From Dimorphilus gyrociliatus (taxonomy: Eukaryota > Animalia > Annelida): a stretch of DNA of 64,000 nucleotides. The notes beneath the pieces are model-generated. The model worked only from the letters and a program-made list of their open reading frames with translations, had not been told where the DNA came from and made no database searches. The stretch covers positions 861,713-925,712 of the forward strand of contig CAJFCJ010000004.1 in the NCBI GenBank assembly GCA_904063045.1, given 5' to 3'. Positions 22,678-37,030 of the stretch are shown piece after piece. Within the stretch, counting starts at the first letter, position 1. Each line of letters opens with the position of its first letter. The position numbers and the translations under genes are program-made.

Positions 22678-23632
22678 TCTTATAATCTTCAAGTTTTTAA
22701 ATATTTACTCGTCCGGAAAGGATACAACTGATTTCGAATACGTAGGAAGAATGGCGCTGGTGTGCCCTTGATAATGTAAGCATAGCAGCCTACAAGAAAC
22801 TATTTTTAAAATTTCCGACTATCAACATAAATTGTGTTCCCTGTCTTATCATAGATAGTTTAATAATTGATTCTCTGTAATTATTCAACATGAAAATTGA
22901 TTAAAAGTCTCTAAAAGAGGAGAATTTTAGTTCTCTAAACTATCTATATAGTTGTTTTCACCAAAGCAGTATAAAATCGATATGGTCTTGTTCGTCTTAT
23001 AGTCAGTCAGCCGTAAGACATCGATTTCGCTTATTTTTGTTTTTTTCTGGTAAATTTCATCAGTCTTTCTATTTTTATATTAAACTGATAATATTTAAAA
23101 GGGTCGCCACGCTTTTGTCTTTTATCTATGACATTCTAGAAATATCAATATTCTGACTAATAAAGTAAAATTTAATGATAAATGATGAAATAGAGTTTTG
23201 ATGGTTAAATCAATAAACTATAGAAGGAAGAGTATATATATTTATATATATATAGACGTGTATTAAACATAGTTAAGAAGTGATAACTATTTGTGAAAGA
23301 GCATCTTGATTGACTTCAATTTTGATTAAAGCTATTCTTTTTTATAAATAAATTCAAGCTCTCTCTTTCTCTCTCTCTATTCTGTAAAAAAACATTCTTT
23401 TCTTGTTGATTATTTCAACTATTTATCATTGATAAGATTAAAACATATACGTCAACCTTCTCTATTCTATTGTCAACTTATTTTTGGAAATAGTAAAGAT
23501 TAATTTAAATATTAAGAAACTCAGGAAATAGGAAGGAAATTTTTAATAAGAGTCTTTTATTAATGAATGAAAATTTCAAGTTCCAGAAATGGAGTTTAAA
23601 AAATAATTATTGTTTTCTATGATTGTGTACTC

Positions 23633-25025
23633 TTAGATTTTTGCTACTATAAGAACAGCCGAGGGAATGAGCCCCAATTGTGTTAGTGGCTTTTCCATAT
23701 CTTCATCAGTGAAAACTTTCTTTGGAAAAGTTGTCATAAGTGAAAAAGGACCTTCACCATCAGTCCTATTAATCTCAACGAATAGCCTCACGGCTGCTAA
23801 ACTCTCAGTAGCTTTGAAAGTGTGAGTGAGAGCTGAACCATTAGTAAGGCGAATTTGCAGACGACATTCGGCATACTCCTTCTTCTCTGGGGGTTCTACC
23901 ACAACTGGTTTAGCCGTTACGGAGTTTGAATCAGCGGAAGCAGAGAAATCTTCTTTTTTAGCTTTCGCTGCTCTAGCTTTCTTATCTTGTTCAATTAAAT
24001 CCTTTACTCTCTGTCTGGCTCTCTTATCTTCCTCCCGTTCCCGACGTTTCTGATCTGCTATTCTTTTCATTTCATCTTCTTCGAATTTTTGTTTAGCCTT
24101 TAGTAAATCTTGTCCCTGATGTCGACGTGATTTTTCCTTATTTTTCCTCTCCTGTTCTTCCTTTTCATCGCGCTCTTTTCTTCTGGAAACTAATCTTTCC
24201 TTTTCGAGTAGAAACAGTTGTTTAATTGTAATGTTATAAAATAACATTAAAGTAGAATAATTGTCATTATGAAAATACAAGTTATTTTCATAAGAAAGAA
24301 ATGTTCATATTTTGATGAATTTTGATTCTTTTTTCTGAATAACAGTGGTTCGTACCTAGTTACTTATATGAAATATTTCAAGTATATTAAGAGAATTAAA
24401 CTACTTTTGCCTAACATATTACAGTTTTTTCCATTTCAAATATCTTTCATTCTTTACATTAGATATGAGATGAAAGACTTTTGAAAAAAAAAATTTTAAA
24501 CCATCTTTTAAAGGAAGTCTTTTTAGATCTTAGGAATATATCGTTGAATAAAAGATATGAATAATTATCATATCTGTTACCAACGTATATACTGTATATA
24601 AGGAAGACCTACTTGTATTCTTGCCAATTGCGCTTCTTTTTCTTCTTTCGTCAAAGGTCTAACCTCTTCGGTTGATTCACTAAAGTTAGCATGTTTTGTT
24701 CTGATGGCATGAGCTTCGGCATCGCTTGGTGAACGAAAACTTTTACCGCAATCGTCGCATGTGAGAGATTTTGCTGACGCATCTGCGCCTTCCTTTTCTA
24801 TACTACTTGCTTCTGTTTCTTCAGTTTTATCATCGTCTTCTTCACCATGCTCCAAAATCCAATCCATAGCAGCTTGTACACCTCCATTGTTCGTCTTTAA
24901 GAGGGCTTTTCGGCTGAAATAAAACGGTTCGTCTTTAAAGAACACAGCGAAAATTTGCACATAGTTACTTACGCCTTCTTCTCAGGAAAGCCCATATCAA
25001 TCAAAGTTTCTAAGTCGTTAGGCAT
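23633..25025 (-). CDS. UBXN1: UBX domain-containing protein 1 (UBA, C2H2-like Zn finger, coiled coil, UBX), ~306 aa
   Basis: Exons 25025-24973, 24913-24613, 24199-23633 (921 nt). UBA: LETLIDMGFPEKKARKAL...AAMDWILEH. Zn finger: CDDCGKSF...AHAIRTKH. Charged coiled coil. UBX: CRLQIRLTNG...LMTTFPKKVF...LGLIPSAVLIV. The exon 3 acceptor is weak but in frame. Confidence 0.92.
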
Positions 25026-26094
25026 AATTAAATTGACTAAATTTGAAGGTTAAATAGGTTTTGTAGAATTTATTAAAAACTAAAAATATATCTGGAACTA
25101 ATAAATATTTTTTCAGCGAGAAATATTCTACAGCGATACCAGTTTGGTTTTTAAGCAAAAATAAAATTTTCCAAGATCCGCTACTTTTTTCAATCTTGAT
25201 ATTTTGACACATATTGTAGGATCTTGAGATATCATATTATCAAAATTCAATTAGAAACAGTAAATTGCAATTACGTTGAGCAGTTTAGAGTATTCTTCAG
25301 AATACGAACAAACTTCTCGCTAGAGTAGAATATTTAATCAAATTTTGATGTAGGATATAGAGGAATTCCTCTAGACGAGTCTGAGAGTATGCTGGAGGAA
25401 TTTTCTTTTCTATTTTTCATCACAATGCCAGAGGGGGGTCAACTCTGAAATAGAAAGATGTCAAGCAAAATTGAATTCACAACGTTCGATCAATTCTATT
25501 ATCGAATACGGCGAGTTTTTTCCATCGAATTATTTGTGATTTCCTTTTGTTTTGACAAAAAGTATTAGAAATAATAAAACAAGCCAAGTTCTTTTAGCTA
25601 CTCTCCCGGGGGGAGCTCTACTTACTCATTTTAAGTTTTATGTTATCCACATTTTAACTTGTCTGCAAATCCTAGAGAATGGTCTAAAAAACCACAAATT
25701 ACGATATATAGTACAAAAATCTGTTACCAATACAGTTCCTACAGACGGAATAGTTAGCATGTGTTTGATAAGAGAGAGAGTGATACGTGCGTTATTCCTC
25801 GATTTATCGAGAAAAGAAGAGGCCGTTAAAAGTTTAAGTTGAAAAGATAAAGATGAGAAAGACTTTCTACATAAGTATGTTTTAACATAAAATATTTAAC
25901 TGTATATTTTTTACTTATTCCCCTCTGTTTGATAGTTTGTTATTTTATACTAACAACATGTCACTAAATAAATTCCCAGGGAATAATCGTATCTAATGGC
26001 ATAATTTAGACTTATTTTCCAAATTAAACAACATCAGCCTATCAATTCAATTTCATATTACAATTATAAATGTTACTGTTTTAAGTAGAATATA

Positions 26095-26118
26095 TAATAA
26101 TAATAATAATAATAATAA
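26095..26118. repeat. (TAA)n microsatellite
   Basis: 8 TAA units seen directly. Confidence 0.9.
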
Positions 26119-26788
26119 GGAAAACAAACTAATAATTGACGAATAACAAAAAAGAAACAGAAAAGAAAATGCTTTTATTTTAATTTAGTATGCACACAAA
26201 CTGGCTATTTGTATTCAAGTTATCTCCATAACAATTTTCTTTAAATAATAAAAGCAATTAAATGTAAATTATCGAATTTTTGTAAAAACTGTTCATATTT
26301 ATGATTAATTGGTGTGGGGAGGAGGGGGTAGGGAGCTTGATAGGGAGAGAGAAAGAGAGAGAGATGGGAGGTATTAAAAGGAAGCAACATAGGAGGAGCA
26401 AAGATCCTAAATCATTTATTATGAAGTTGACTTTCAAAAAATTACATTCGTTTAGACAAATCATCTATTCCACTACTAACATTGGATGAATAATCGACTT
26501 TGAATTATCAACTTCTGCCTTTATATCAGGCATTTATAGCATAATATTATTCTCCATAATCTATAGCTGCTGTGATATTCTTTTTAAAGAGGCATCGGGA
26601 TTTCTGATTTATAATAAAAATTAATTGTTTTTAGCTTCTTATGAAGAAGAGATAGGATTGATATAACCTGTAGGATTTAATGTTTAAGAAAATATTAGCT
26701 ATTATTGTAATTATACATAAATGTATACATAATATTATACTTACGTATATATGGTTATTGTATATTAATTGAATATTATCCGTTATAT

Positions 26789-29700
26789 TTAATCAACGCC
26801 GTCAAATCCTTCAGAGTTTTCAATGGCAATAAGTAACTTCTTTCTAAGTTCATCGTAGGTGGTGTAGGCTGGTAAATCAAGTCGATTGAAACAAGTATGA
26901 GCTCTTGGCAGGTCAGTTGGTAGACCCCAGTGCTCTATGGTGAATAATTGAGGACCGTTACTACCATATAGTTCTTTGAAGCCATTCATGGGCACTCTAG
27001 AAGTTCCGGTAACAAATTGTAGCAATTTGGATCTAGTTTCATTATTAAATGAATATACAGTTTTCCAAAAGTTTATTATCACTGGATGATTAGCGTTATA
27101 ATCTCTCCTATACTGACTATGACTCTTCCAGTCTTGAACATCAATATCTTGCAATCCTGCCAACAGTAATTCTATTTCGTTAGCGTCGAAAATTTGCAAA
27201 TTAGTGTTAGGTATAATTTCATTAAAACCAGTTAAAAAACTGCTCATTTGTTCTTTAACTCTACTAGAAAATCTCCAGTTTATGACATTTTTTATATAAT
27301 CCAATTTATTATCTTCTGAAACTGGAATATCTTTACCACCCGGTATTAGCTCAGTTTCTTCTGTTTGACCAAAAACCTCTTCAACGATAGAAAAACTTAA
27401 AACTAAACATTCAGGATCGTTCTCCTCAATCCATTTTAAAGAATTATAATATTCAGAATCTACAGATTCCATATCATCCAAAGTAATTGACTTTCCAAGC
27501 ATCATTTTATAGAAAGGCCTAATAAAATAACCATCTATCAGTTTGCCATGGAAAACTGCCATGCCACAGACACGACCAATGAATTTAAAATACGATAAAT
27601 GTTCTGGATTTGCAACTCCTGATTTGGGATTAATCTGCAGTGTATAATCATCAATAGCCGAATACTCAAATAGACCATAATATGGATTGAACATTTCTTT
27701 AGAAAGTAAATAAAACCATTCTCTTGATACCCCGCCATAATCTAAACCTTGTTCATCATCAAACTCTATCCATAATCTTGTTTTTAGTAGATCGGTTCGT
27801 TTTACACTCATTATGCATCTAAAAGAATCTTCTAAAATACTTTTTCTTTTAACCTTAATATCAAATTTATTGGGCACATTGGTTGGTTTTCGTAATTTAG
27901 CCCTAAAGTTATCATATTTTTGCTTATAACTTGATGAGTATTGCAGTGAAGGGCCATTTAGTAATTTTAATCGAGGGTCTTCCCACGTTGTTTTTTTAGT
28001 GTTGTGATCTATGAAGAAACTTCTACCATCTGTATGAATACGTTCTTCCCAACCTTCCGGAAGTTGACCAAGACGCTGAGTTAAATCCATGTCTTTACTC
28101 GCTCCCATAGTAATTGATCTTGCCCGGTTTTGTCGTCGAGGGTCTTCCCAACTTGTCATTCTCATATTGTGATCAACATAAAAAACCTTTCCGTTTGGAG
28201 CCTGGCTTTTAGTCCAACCGACAGGAAGGGGTCCATCATCATCTTCAATAGCTATATTATCAACACTGTTGCCGAGCGTATGCAGTCTCTGTATTGGTCC
28301 AGCAGCTGCTGCTAGAGCATTATCATCAGTTCCTGATATAGACAATGTATCTTCATGACTGACACATCGCCGTTGCCTGAAATTATCTGCCGCCTGCCTT
28401 CTTTCTTCATCTGCCGTTTGAGCAGTTGAATCAGCTGAAGGTCTTTGCCAAGTAGTAATTCTATTTGCATGATCAACATAGTAGGTTCTACCAATATTAT
28501 CAACTTTTGATTCCCATCCAGGTGGTAGAGGTTCACTATCATTTTCAGTGGGTAACTGCCAGTGAGTTGATCTTGTTGTGTGGTTAATATAAAAGCGTCT
28601 TCCTCTACCATCAATACGACATTCCCAATTAGGAGGTAGTGGATAGTCTGTTCTAGGTGGTTGTTGAGCTGAAGAATCTTCGCCATTATTTGATTCATTC
28701 TGATTTTGAGGGAATGAATCTTGCATTTCTTGTCTTACAGAATCGCTTCTAACTATCTCCCAATCTCTGGAATCCTCTTCAAAATCTCTAGTAGCTTCAG
28801 GGACGTCATCATCGTCTTCTATATAAGCTAAAATAGAGAAGGTTTGTATAGCTCTATTTAAATTTCGATTTAAAGTATCAATAAGAAAAATAGGAAAAAA
28901 CTTAAAATATGCAGTTTATATATAAATATACTGCATGTGAATGTTTATCGGTTCTTATACATATTTAGTTAGAAAAGAATGCGAGAAAAATCATTTTTAT
29001 TAAGCATCTGTCCATCTATCTGCTTGAGATTATTATCAAAAATAAAAAAAAGTTATAAAAACAAACTGCAGTTGTGTTGTTCTATGAAAATTAACATTAT
29101 CAAAAATATTCCATACCTAAATATAACTCTAAGTTGCCTTTAACTCTTGATTTAGATGTTCTTGGTCTTAACAGATACTGCCTTGACGGTTGAATGTTTT
29201 CACTATCCTCTGATTGTATACAAGCTGTAGACAATTCTATTTCAACAAGACCCAGAAAATCATCTCTTGTAATTCTATTTTCATCAAACACCTGAAATGA
29301 TTAAGTATAAATAACAATATCTAATTTATTTAAAGTAGCATTACAGACAAAATTATTGTATTTTTTTATCAAATATATATTAATGTATACTCTCTATATA
29401 AGGTACATTTGTTAATAATCCGTGTTATTCTGAGCATATGGTTCAGAAATTTTTTAACTATTATCTATTAATTAATATTTTATATTATATATATACTTTA
29501 TATATATAATTCGTATTCAGCCTTACTTCATGGCGCCATACGTAACTTTATATCGAATTTATTTTATACTAATATATATATATATACTTTATATAGAACA
29601 TACATAATGTATAATACGTAATAAGACATCCCAATAAAATATTAAAATAATACATTTTTATTAGAAAACATTATGGGTTTCTTTTTCGAAAATTAACTTT

Positions 29701-31139
29701 GTTATAAATATTATATAATTTACATTTTTATATAAAAAACCAAATTTATCACCTAGATATTTTAATAATTAAACATAAAACTATTTACAAAGCTCTTATT
29801 TTTTCACTATAATATCATATATAGTAGCAAATAAGTGTGATATATTCTTATAACTATTCAAGACAGTAGCCTTTAGTCTATACTACAGTATATGTAGTAT
29901 TTATCTAAATGTCAGCATTTATAACACTGCTTTCGTTTAAATACATTACTATCTATTTCTTTGTAAATATTACTGAGTATACACTATACGACTATTGTAA
30001 TATTAGCATATAAAAAAAATATACTATATTTATGAGCCAGTGAACCATTTTTAATAGATTATTGTTCATTCTCTAATAGACAGTTGTGACTAAAGCAACG
30101 GATGAAAATTTTATACTGTTCAAAAAGTATTAATCCTATTTCTAAGCGTTTAATTAACTTAGACGAATTTTAAATGACAGAATATTTTAACAACAATAAA
30201 ACTGATAGAGTTTAATCTATTCTACTATAATATTTTTAAAGTAAAAACATTTATTTTTATCAATAAAATCTTCTATTAGTATGAAAAGAAAGCTATAAAT
30301 TTTAATTAGTTTACATTAGCACCTATTAAAATAAATGATTGAATTGATCCAAATTTAATATATGAGAAATATGCAAAAAAATAAAAAAGAATAGCAACTA
30401 ATACATAAGATTACAAAAAGGAAAAAAAGCTAAAGGTGGTATTAACGAAATAACAATAATATAAACTTTTAGTTGCTTTTCTAGTCTAAATTACTTAAAG
30501 GTTTTGTACACAAAATATTTATTGTATATACCAGTTTTGTTAGGTATACAAATTAACCTATATTATTTATAAATTTATAAATGACTGTTGATTTGAATTC
30601 ATGTGTTATATAATTAGTGAAACTGTCTACAAAAAAATGATTCATCCTTTTACTCCGTGTTACAAAAAAATTTCTGAACAGAATGGAAAATTTACAATTT
30701 AAAGTGATAAAAAAAAAGAGCTAGAATATTAATGATTATTTGACCACAAAAAAAGGAATTTCCTAATAGTATATTAGCAGACGATTCTTTCAACTTCTCT
30801 TTTATAAAGGATTGTCAATTAACTAAGATCCTAGTTTTTGTATTTTATTAAATTTAAATCCTTAATTTATACCTCAAATAACAGCGTATTATTCCTGGGA
30901 ACTATTCTAAATATGAATTCCTCATTCCAGACTGGATTCAAATTTTTTCTTATTGTTTTTGTTTGGGCACATTCGATTACAGATGAGTTTCTACCACCTT
31001 CATAAAGACTTATTCGAACATAGGGATCACTTGCACCAAAAATGTCTTTTTTAGCTAATTTTACACCACAAATAACTTTGACACGTAGCTTTCTTGTTTC
31101 AACTCCCTCGCTTGGCCTGACACCACAAATGGTTGCCAT
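26789..31139 (-). CDS. NEDD4: NEDD4-type HECT E3 ubiquitin ligase (C2, 4 WW, HECT), ~826 aa, 3 coding exons
   Basis: Exons 31139-30873, 29291-29117, 28827-26789 (2481 nt). C2: [14 protein letters not shown]...NPVWNEEF...[16 protein letters not shown]. Four WW repeats. HECT with catalytic [13 protein letters not shown] and C-terminal GFDGVD. Confidence 0.96.
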
Positions 31140-32010
31140 ACTTAGTTATTGTTAAAACCTAAATGACTCCGATTTTCCTTGTTTATTTCAGAATTGCGTC
31201 CATCAATAAACCAGGGCGTATGATTAATAAAATCGTCTGCTACAATTGCTATTTTCGTATCTTAAAGAGAAAATTGATAGCTTTTAAAGATTATTTCATC
31301 GTTGAATGACGTACTTTGAGCAGAAAATCATTAACTTTTTTTTTATTTCTCTTCAATGTTTTAAAAGCGAGCAAATTACAAAAAGAAACCTTTAATGAAT
31401 TCTACTCAAAATAACTCTGCTATTGCTATATCTAAATAAAAGAAACAAAAAGAAAAGTGGAATACAAACCACTTTTTTCACCTCAACTTAGCGAATAAGT
31501 CTCTGGAATAACAGATTCGTTAAATTAGATTAAGATTACCATTATCAATTCCTATCTTAATGAAGCTGATATAAAAATTTTTATAACGAATTTACCAATG
31601 ATACAAATGACTTTGTTGATTCAAATAGTTTTATCTTGATTGAAATACTTTATTATAATATTTAACGAAATTATTATTACACACTATTTTCAATTTATTA
31701 CACTAAATTATTTATCTATTACGTCTTCTATAAAATTTATTTTCAATATTTAGAATTTATACTCCTCTGTGAAGAAATTATTAAAAAATATCAGACAGGA
31801 ACGCCATCTAGTTGTTTATATTTAAACTATTATAAATGATAATTCTGTAAGCATTCGCAGTTAACTTCTATGCTAATTTTCTCTTCTCCTTTCTTTTTTT
31901 TATATAATTTACGTACTCAAACAAGTAACAAGGGAATATGAAAGTTGTTTTATTATAATCTACAAATATAACAAATTATTTAAGAATAAAAGTACTATGG
32001 AATGTAATTA

Positions 32011-35000
32011 TTATAATTCAGTATGTATTAAGATTGGTCCTGCTCGTCCGTTAAGCATTGAAGGAACCTGAAAAAATAATGAGCTTTATGCAGAATATTT
32101 GATAAAATATTCATATTGAAAGCTTACTGCTGTCCATTTGCCTTCATCCTCGCTATAACATTCTACTATATTCGAATAGTGCCCATCGTATCCACCAACG
32201 ACGAAGATTTCGTCAACAATTGCGCAAATCCCTACAGCATCTCTTGGCGTACTTAAGTTTGCTATTATTGTCCATGAGTCAAATTTAGGGTCATAACGCT
32301 CTACTAGATCAACTACTGATGGCGAGGCATCGTTTGTACAAGATACATGTCCTCCAACGGCGTACATAAAGCCATTCAAGCTAGTCGCACCTACTCCTCC
32401 TCTTCTCTTACTCATTGGTGCACATGCTGACCATCTATTAGTATTCGGGTCAAAACTCTCAACTGATTTTAAACAGCACGTTCCATCTCTTCCTCCAACT
32501 GCGTAAATCCTATTCTCGGAATTAATTAAAATACCAAATATAAATCCTTTGGCGTTATATTAGAAAATAAAGAGATATACTTATGGCCTAATGCTGTAAC
32601 GCCAACCGAACTTCTTGCAGTCATCATCGGATTTACAAAGTTCCACGATTGGGAAATAGGGTCCCATCTTTCTGTCGTATTCAAATAAGACCATCCATCG
32701 TGCCCTAATTAAAAGAAATTATTCACCGCAATCGGTAAATCTTAATAATAATGAATATTATTATAATACCTCCTACAGCATAGATTGGTCCGTCAAGAAC
32801 AGCTACTCCTAATCCGTGTCTTGGAGTAGACATAGGAGGAATTGTGCCCCATACTTTTGTCTGAACATCAAAGCAATCAACAGTATTCAGAGTCTTTAAA
32901 CCATCTCTTCCACCAATTACATATATCTTATTCGATAGTATAGCAACTGCAAATTGGGCTTTTCTTCCTCCCATAGAACCAATAGTTGTCCAATTTTCTT
33001 TCCTCGGATCGTATTTTTCTATGGCTAACAAATTTTTTTTATTATATATAATAAATCTACATAAAAATAAATAAGATAATAAATTGAAAGAAAACCAGCT
33101 TTTACTTTTGTTGTTATCATTCCCACCAAGCGCAATCAAACTGCCTATAGTAGATTTTCTTGGTTTCGTTCTATGATTCTATTTTATAAGCGTAAAAAGA
33201 AACTAATTAATTTGAAACCAAATTTTTTGTCAAATAGTCTTTAAGTAATTACTTGAAAAGATTTTCTCCGATCTGGGAGAGCGTGATACTTTAAAGCCTC
33301 CATAATTAATTTAGTGCATTCTGTAGAATCTTTCAATAAGACATGGTTCTCTACTTTATCCGCTAAATAACTAGCAGACATTAGCGGAAGTTTAATAAAT
33401 TGCAATAAATAGTCAATGTAACATTTCCTATTTTCAAGATCGTACTCAACCCAGCCCAACATCGCTTGAAAAACTTCTTTCTCCGTAGGAACATTTATAT
33501 AATTTGAATTTAAAAGTTTACCAACTTCTTCCTTAGACAGTGATAAATATTCCTGCTGTTTAGATACTTCAAGGAAATTGTCCTAGAAATTGGAAAAATG
33601 AAAAGAAAAAACATTACTTCCAGTTTATCTACTGCAAATAGACAGTAATATATAAGATGAAAACGGAGATTTAAATGAACTGTAAAAACCGAGTAATTTT
33701 TATTGTGTGCTGAAGTATTAAAAATCTATTTTTATGTGTTTTTCTACTTTTTCGACATGATTTGCTGTTGCATTTTGCAGTTGGTTTTATGAAATTCGAG
33801 TAAAGGATAATTGTATTCTCTTGCTCATTTAAACGGGAAAATTTCCTTTTGTAATTTTAGTTTCTATAAAAATTCCCTATAGTAATTTTTAAATAAAGGA
33901 CCTTTACAATTTTTGCACATATTTTATTTAATTTAGATGATAAAGGATTCTTTTTTTGTTTAAAAGAGGCGAGAGGTGGCGTGCGTTATATCGTTTGGTA
34001 GGTGGGTTGGAGAGGACAATAAGGAATGGAAAGAAAACGATAGAGAAAAAAAGAAAGAAAGAGACAGGAGAAAGACAGAAAGAAAAGATAGGAAAAGGGG
34101 AAAATGGGGAACGGGATAGTAGTATGGGCGAAAGAGTATTTCTTCTTCTTCCAGAGGAAGTTACTATTCAACCTATTAAACTAGACAGGTAAAAAAAATG
34201 CAAGACATTTTTAAGCTTATTTATCTATTTATACCTAAAAGGAAAAAGAATAGGAAATTGGTTTTGACGCCTTTTCTAGCCAAAAAATGGGGATAAAAAA
34301 GGCTGAACTAGATGGTAAATTGGATGAGAAAAAGAATTGATCTCGTCGCCTATCTCACGCTATTTACCTATTTATTTCCCTAGTAGTTGACACAATTCAT
34401 GAACTTACCATGACAAATTGATTAGATGCTTTATATAAGACGTCACATCCGTATGTGGACGCAAAACTTCTTATTCCTAAACAATTCGATAGATGAAGTT
34501 GTTTAATTAAGAATGAACAGCAGGAGTCTTGGATAGAATGGATTTGAAGCATACTGGATGTAGCTAAGAGAGTTTCGACGTTATCCTCTTTAATTTCAAT
34601 ATTACCTGGTGATAAATAGGATTTTAATAAGTTAATTAATCGATTGCCAATAACAACGTATATATTTTGTATATATATATAAATATAAAGAAAGGTTAAA
34701 TATTTGATCATTATTATTCGAAAATGTTCGGAAAAATCTCCATTTTTAGTTTCCTTTTTATGACATAACTATAATAAACACTGTCAAAAAAGACAAAAAG
34801 CTTGAATACAACTCTAACAAACAAGAATAAGCACGATTTCCAAGTCAGACTAATCAAATATTTGATTCAATGCATAAATTATTTTTATAAGATACAAGTT
34901 ATCTATTCAGACTCTGTAATATTTCAATTTAAAACATTAAAAAGCTTAAATTTTAATTATCTTTATGCTTATTCTAATTCTCTCCGTTCTATTCACCTAT

Positions 35001-36466
35001 CTTTCTGTGCATATACTCTACCTCTCTTATCTGTATCTAAAAGCTTTTTACCTATGTTTTTTAGTAGTTGTTATTATTTATCTTTTTTAAAGTATCCTTT
35101 AATGTGTAAACATATTTTATACCTTCTTTTTATTCCATAAACGTAATAAGGAGTATAACGGACTAACAAACGGTCCTAATTATTGTTTTATTAACTACGT
35201 CAGAAAATATCAGTGAAAAAGAGAGATTGTATTATGCATATAAGAAGATTGAATTGAGTTACTTTGATAACATTAAAATGAAAAAGAAGTAAAAGAAGAA
35301 GATGTTGAAAAAGAGGAAAGTATCAAGAAGAGTGCAAAAGATAAAAACAAGACTATATATATATATATATATTTAGATAAACAGTGAGAAAGTTTATAAT
35401 TAGTCGATTTTTTTTATATAAATAAAGTGAAAAAGTTTTGTTAGATAAATGAAAATGAAAATGTTAAAAACAAATAACGGAAATGGTATAATTGAAATTT
35501 ATTGAACTAAAAAGTCTAATTAAAAACTTTTCCACTACTTTTTTATATATAAATATAGAATGAATACAGTTATTTTCTTGTTTTTTTTTTAAATAAAACA
35601 AAAAGTTAGAGAACTATTAGTCTATTCTATTTTCTTACTTTCTAAGCATTTAATAATAGTGCACATTCCTCAAATAGCGTGTTAATGCATTTATTATGTA
35701 ATTAACTTACCAGTATAGATAAAGTTGATTAATAATTGCATTGCTTTACTATCCATCTGTTCCATAATTACCTATACGAAAAGTATGAGGTGATTTTATT
35801 CATTGGGATATTAATTGATAATTTCATGGTTGAATTAACCTCGTAGGAATGAGCTTCTTGCATATTTCCGGTAAACATAGCGGCAAAATAGTCACTAGCC
35901 GCTGACAATATTAACTTATGAGCTGGAATTTTTTTATCACCCACTATAAGCATTACGTCGCACAGTTTATCTAAATGAACAAATTCTTGAATCTTTTTCA
36001 TCATAGCTACAGAATGCTTTGTTTGGGTTTCTTTATCATTTTCATAAACTTGACCGGAAGTTAGCAAATATCTGTTATAATGAAAAAAAGATAAAATATA
36101 AATACATATTTTAAAGGGAGAATAGTTTGTAATGATTTATAAGTGTTTTTTATATATGAATTATTGCATACGAGAGTATATTTAGAGCTGTAAAAAATAT
36201 GCAATATTTTTCCAGGTTGGCAAAAATTAATACCTTTTCCATTGCGGTAGGCTGGTTTATTTGTTATTGCAGAAAAACTGATTATATCTTTAATTATTAA
36301 TATTTTCAATTGACAGTAATAAAGTACTGTACATTTATGATGAATTAAAAAGTACAATAGGGCCTTGTTAGTTTTTATTTTTCCCTAAAAATGTAATATT
36401 ATGTAATATATACAATTTATATTTTAATATAATGATTTTCTGCTATTTTCTAGTAAAGATTGCTAG

Positions 36467-36507
<41 letters not shown>

Positions 36508-36996
36508 TTCAATTCTTATCATTCTTTCGTCTGCTACTAATAGTTTATATATTTGTTTAAGTATACGTCTGATACGAAAAGGAAAAAAAAATATGATTAT
36601 TTATAAATAAATAAGTAGAGAAAAGATGTTACTCTTCCTAGATTCAGTTACAGATGCTTATCTTTTTCTGTGTTCTTTTACTTACAATCTTAATTTTTCA
36701 ATAGATTTCCATTTCCATTTATCCATTGTTGGACACTTTTCATTGGGAATTTCTTTAGTTTGTAATTGACTATCCTTCGATATCATTTTATTTAAATACG
36801 AGCATTTTTTAAGAACATTTTCAGCCCTTTTTAATACTTGATAGCTCCTCCTAACAGCTGGGATATTTGAAAGTTCATCAAATTCGTTAGTCTTCTCCTG
36901 CTGTTCATCGTCTTTGGTGTACTTTTCGAGCAAATTATTAAGAATCTTATCCTGATTCGATTCGAAAACTTTTCTCTCTTTTAATCTTTTATGCAT
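32011..36996 (-). CDS. KLHL5: Kelch-like protein of the KLHL1/4/5 group (BTB, BACK, 6 Kelch), ~673 aa using the proximal first exon
   Basis: Exons 36996-36686 (uncertain first exon), 36071-35840, 35771-35711, 34605-34409, 33582-33253, 33178-33106, 33024-32770, 32704-32581, 32509-32128, 32067-32011, all phase-compatible. Motifs: [71 protein letters not shown]. It is likely a co-ortholog of vertebrate KLHL1/4/5. Confidence 0.9.
36472..36510. repeat. (TC)n microsatellite, slightly interrupted
   Basis: Seen directly, in Kelch intron 1. Confidence 0.85.
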
Positions 36997-37030
36997 CTTA
37001 GAGAATAGATGATATTGTTTATATTTTACT

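Noticed and set aside
25358-25373. 16-bp perfect palindrome TAGAGGAATTCCTCTA upstream of UBXN1
   Set aside because: A few palindromes of this length are expected by chance in 64 kb of AT-rich DNA, and there is no clear factor match.
33956-34192. K/E/R-rich and F/L/S-rich ORFs (also 18134-18790, 54693-54896, 56405-56605)
   Set aside because: These are translations of purine/pyrimidine low-complexity tracts.
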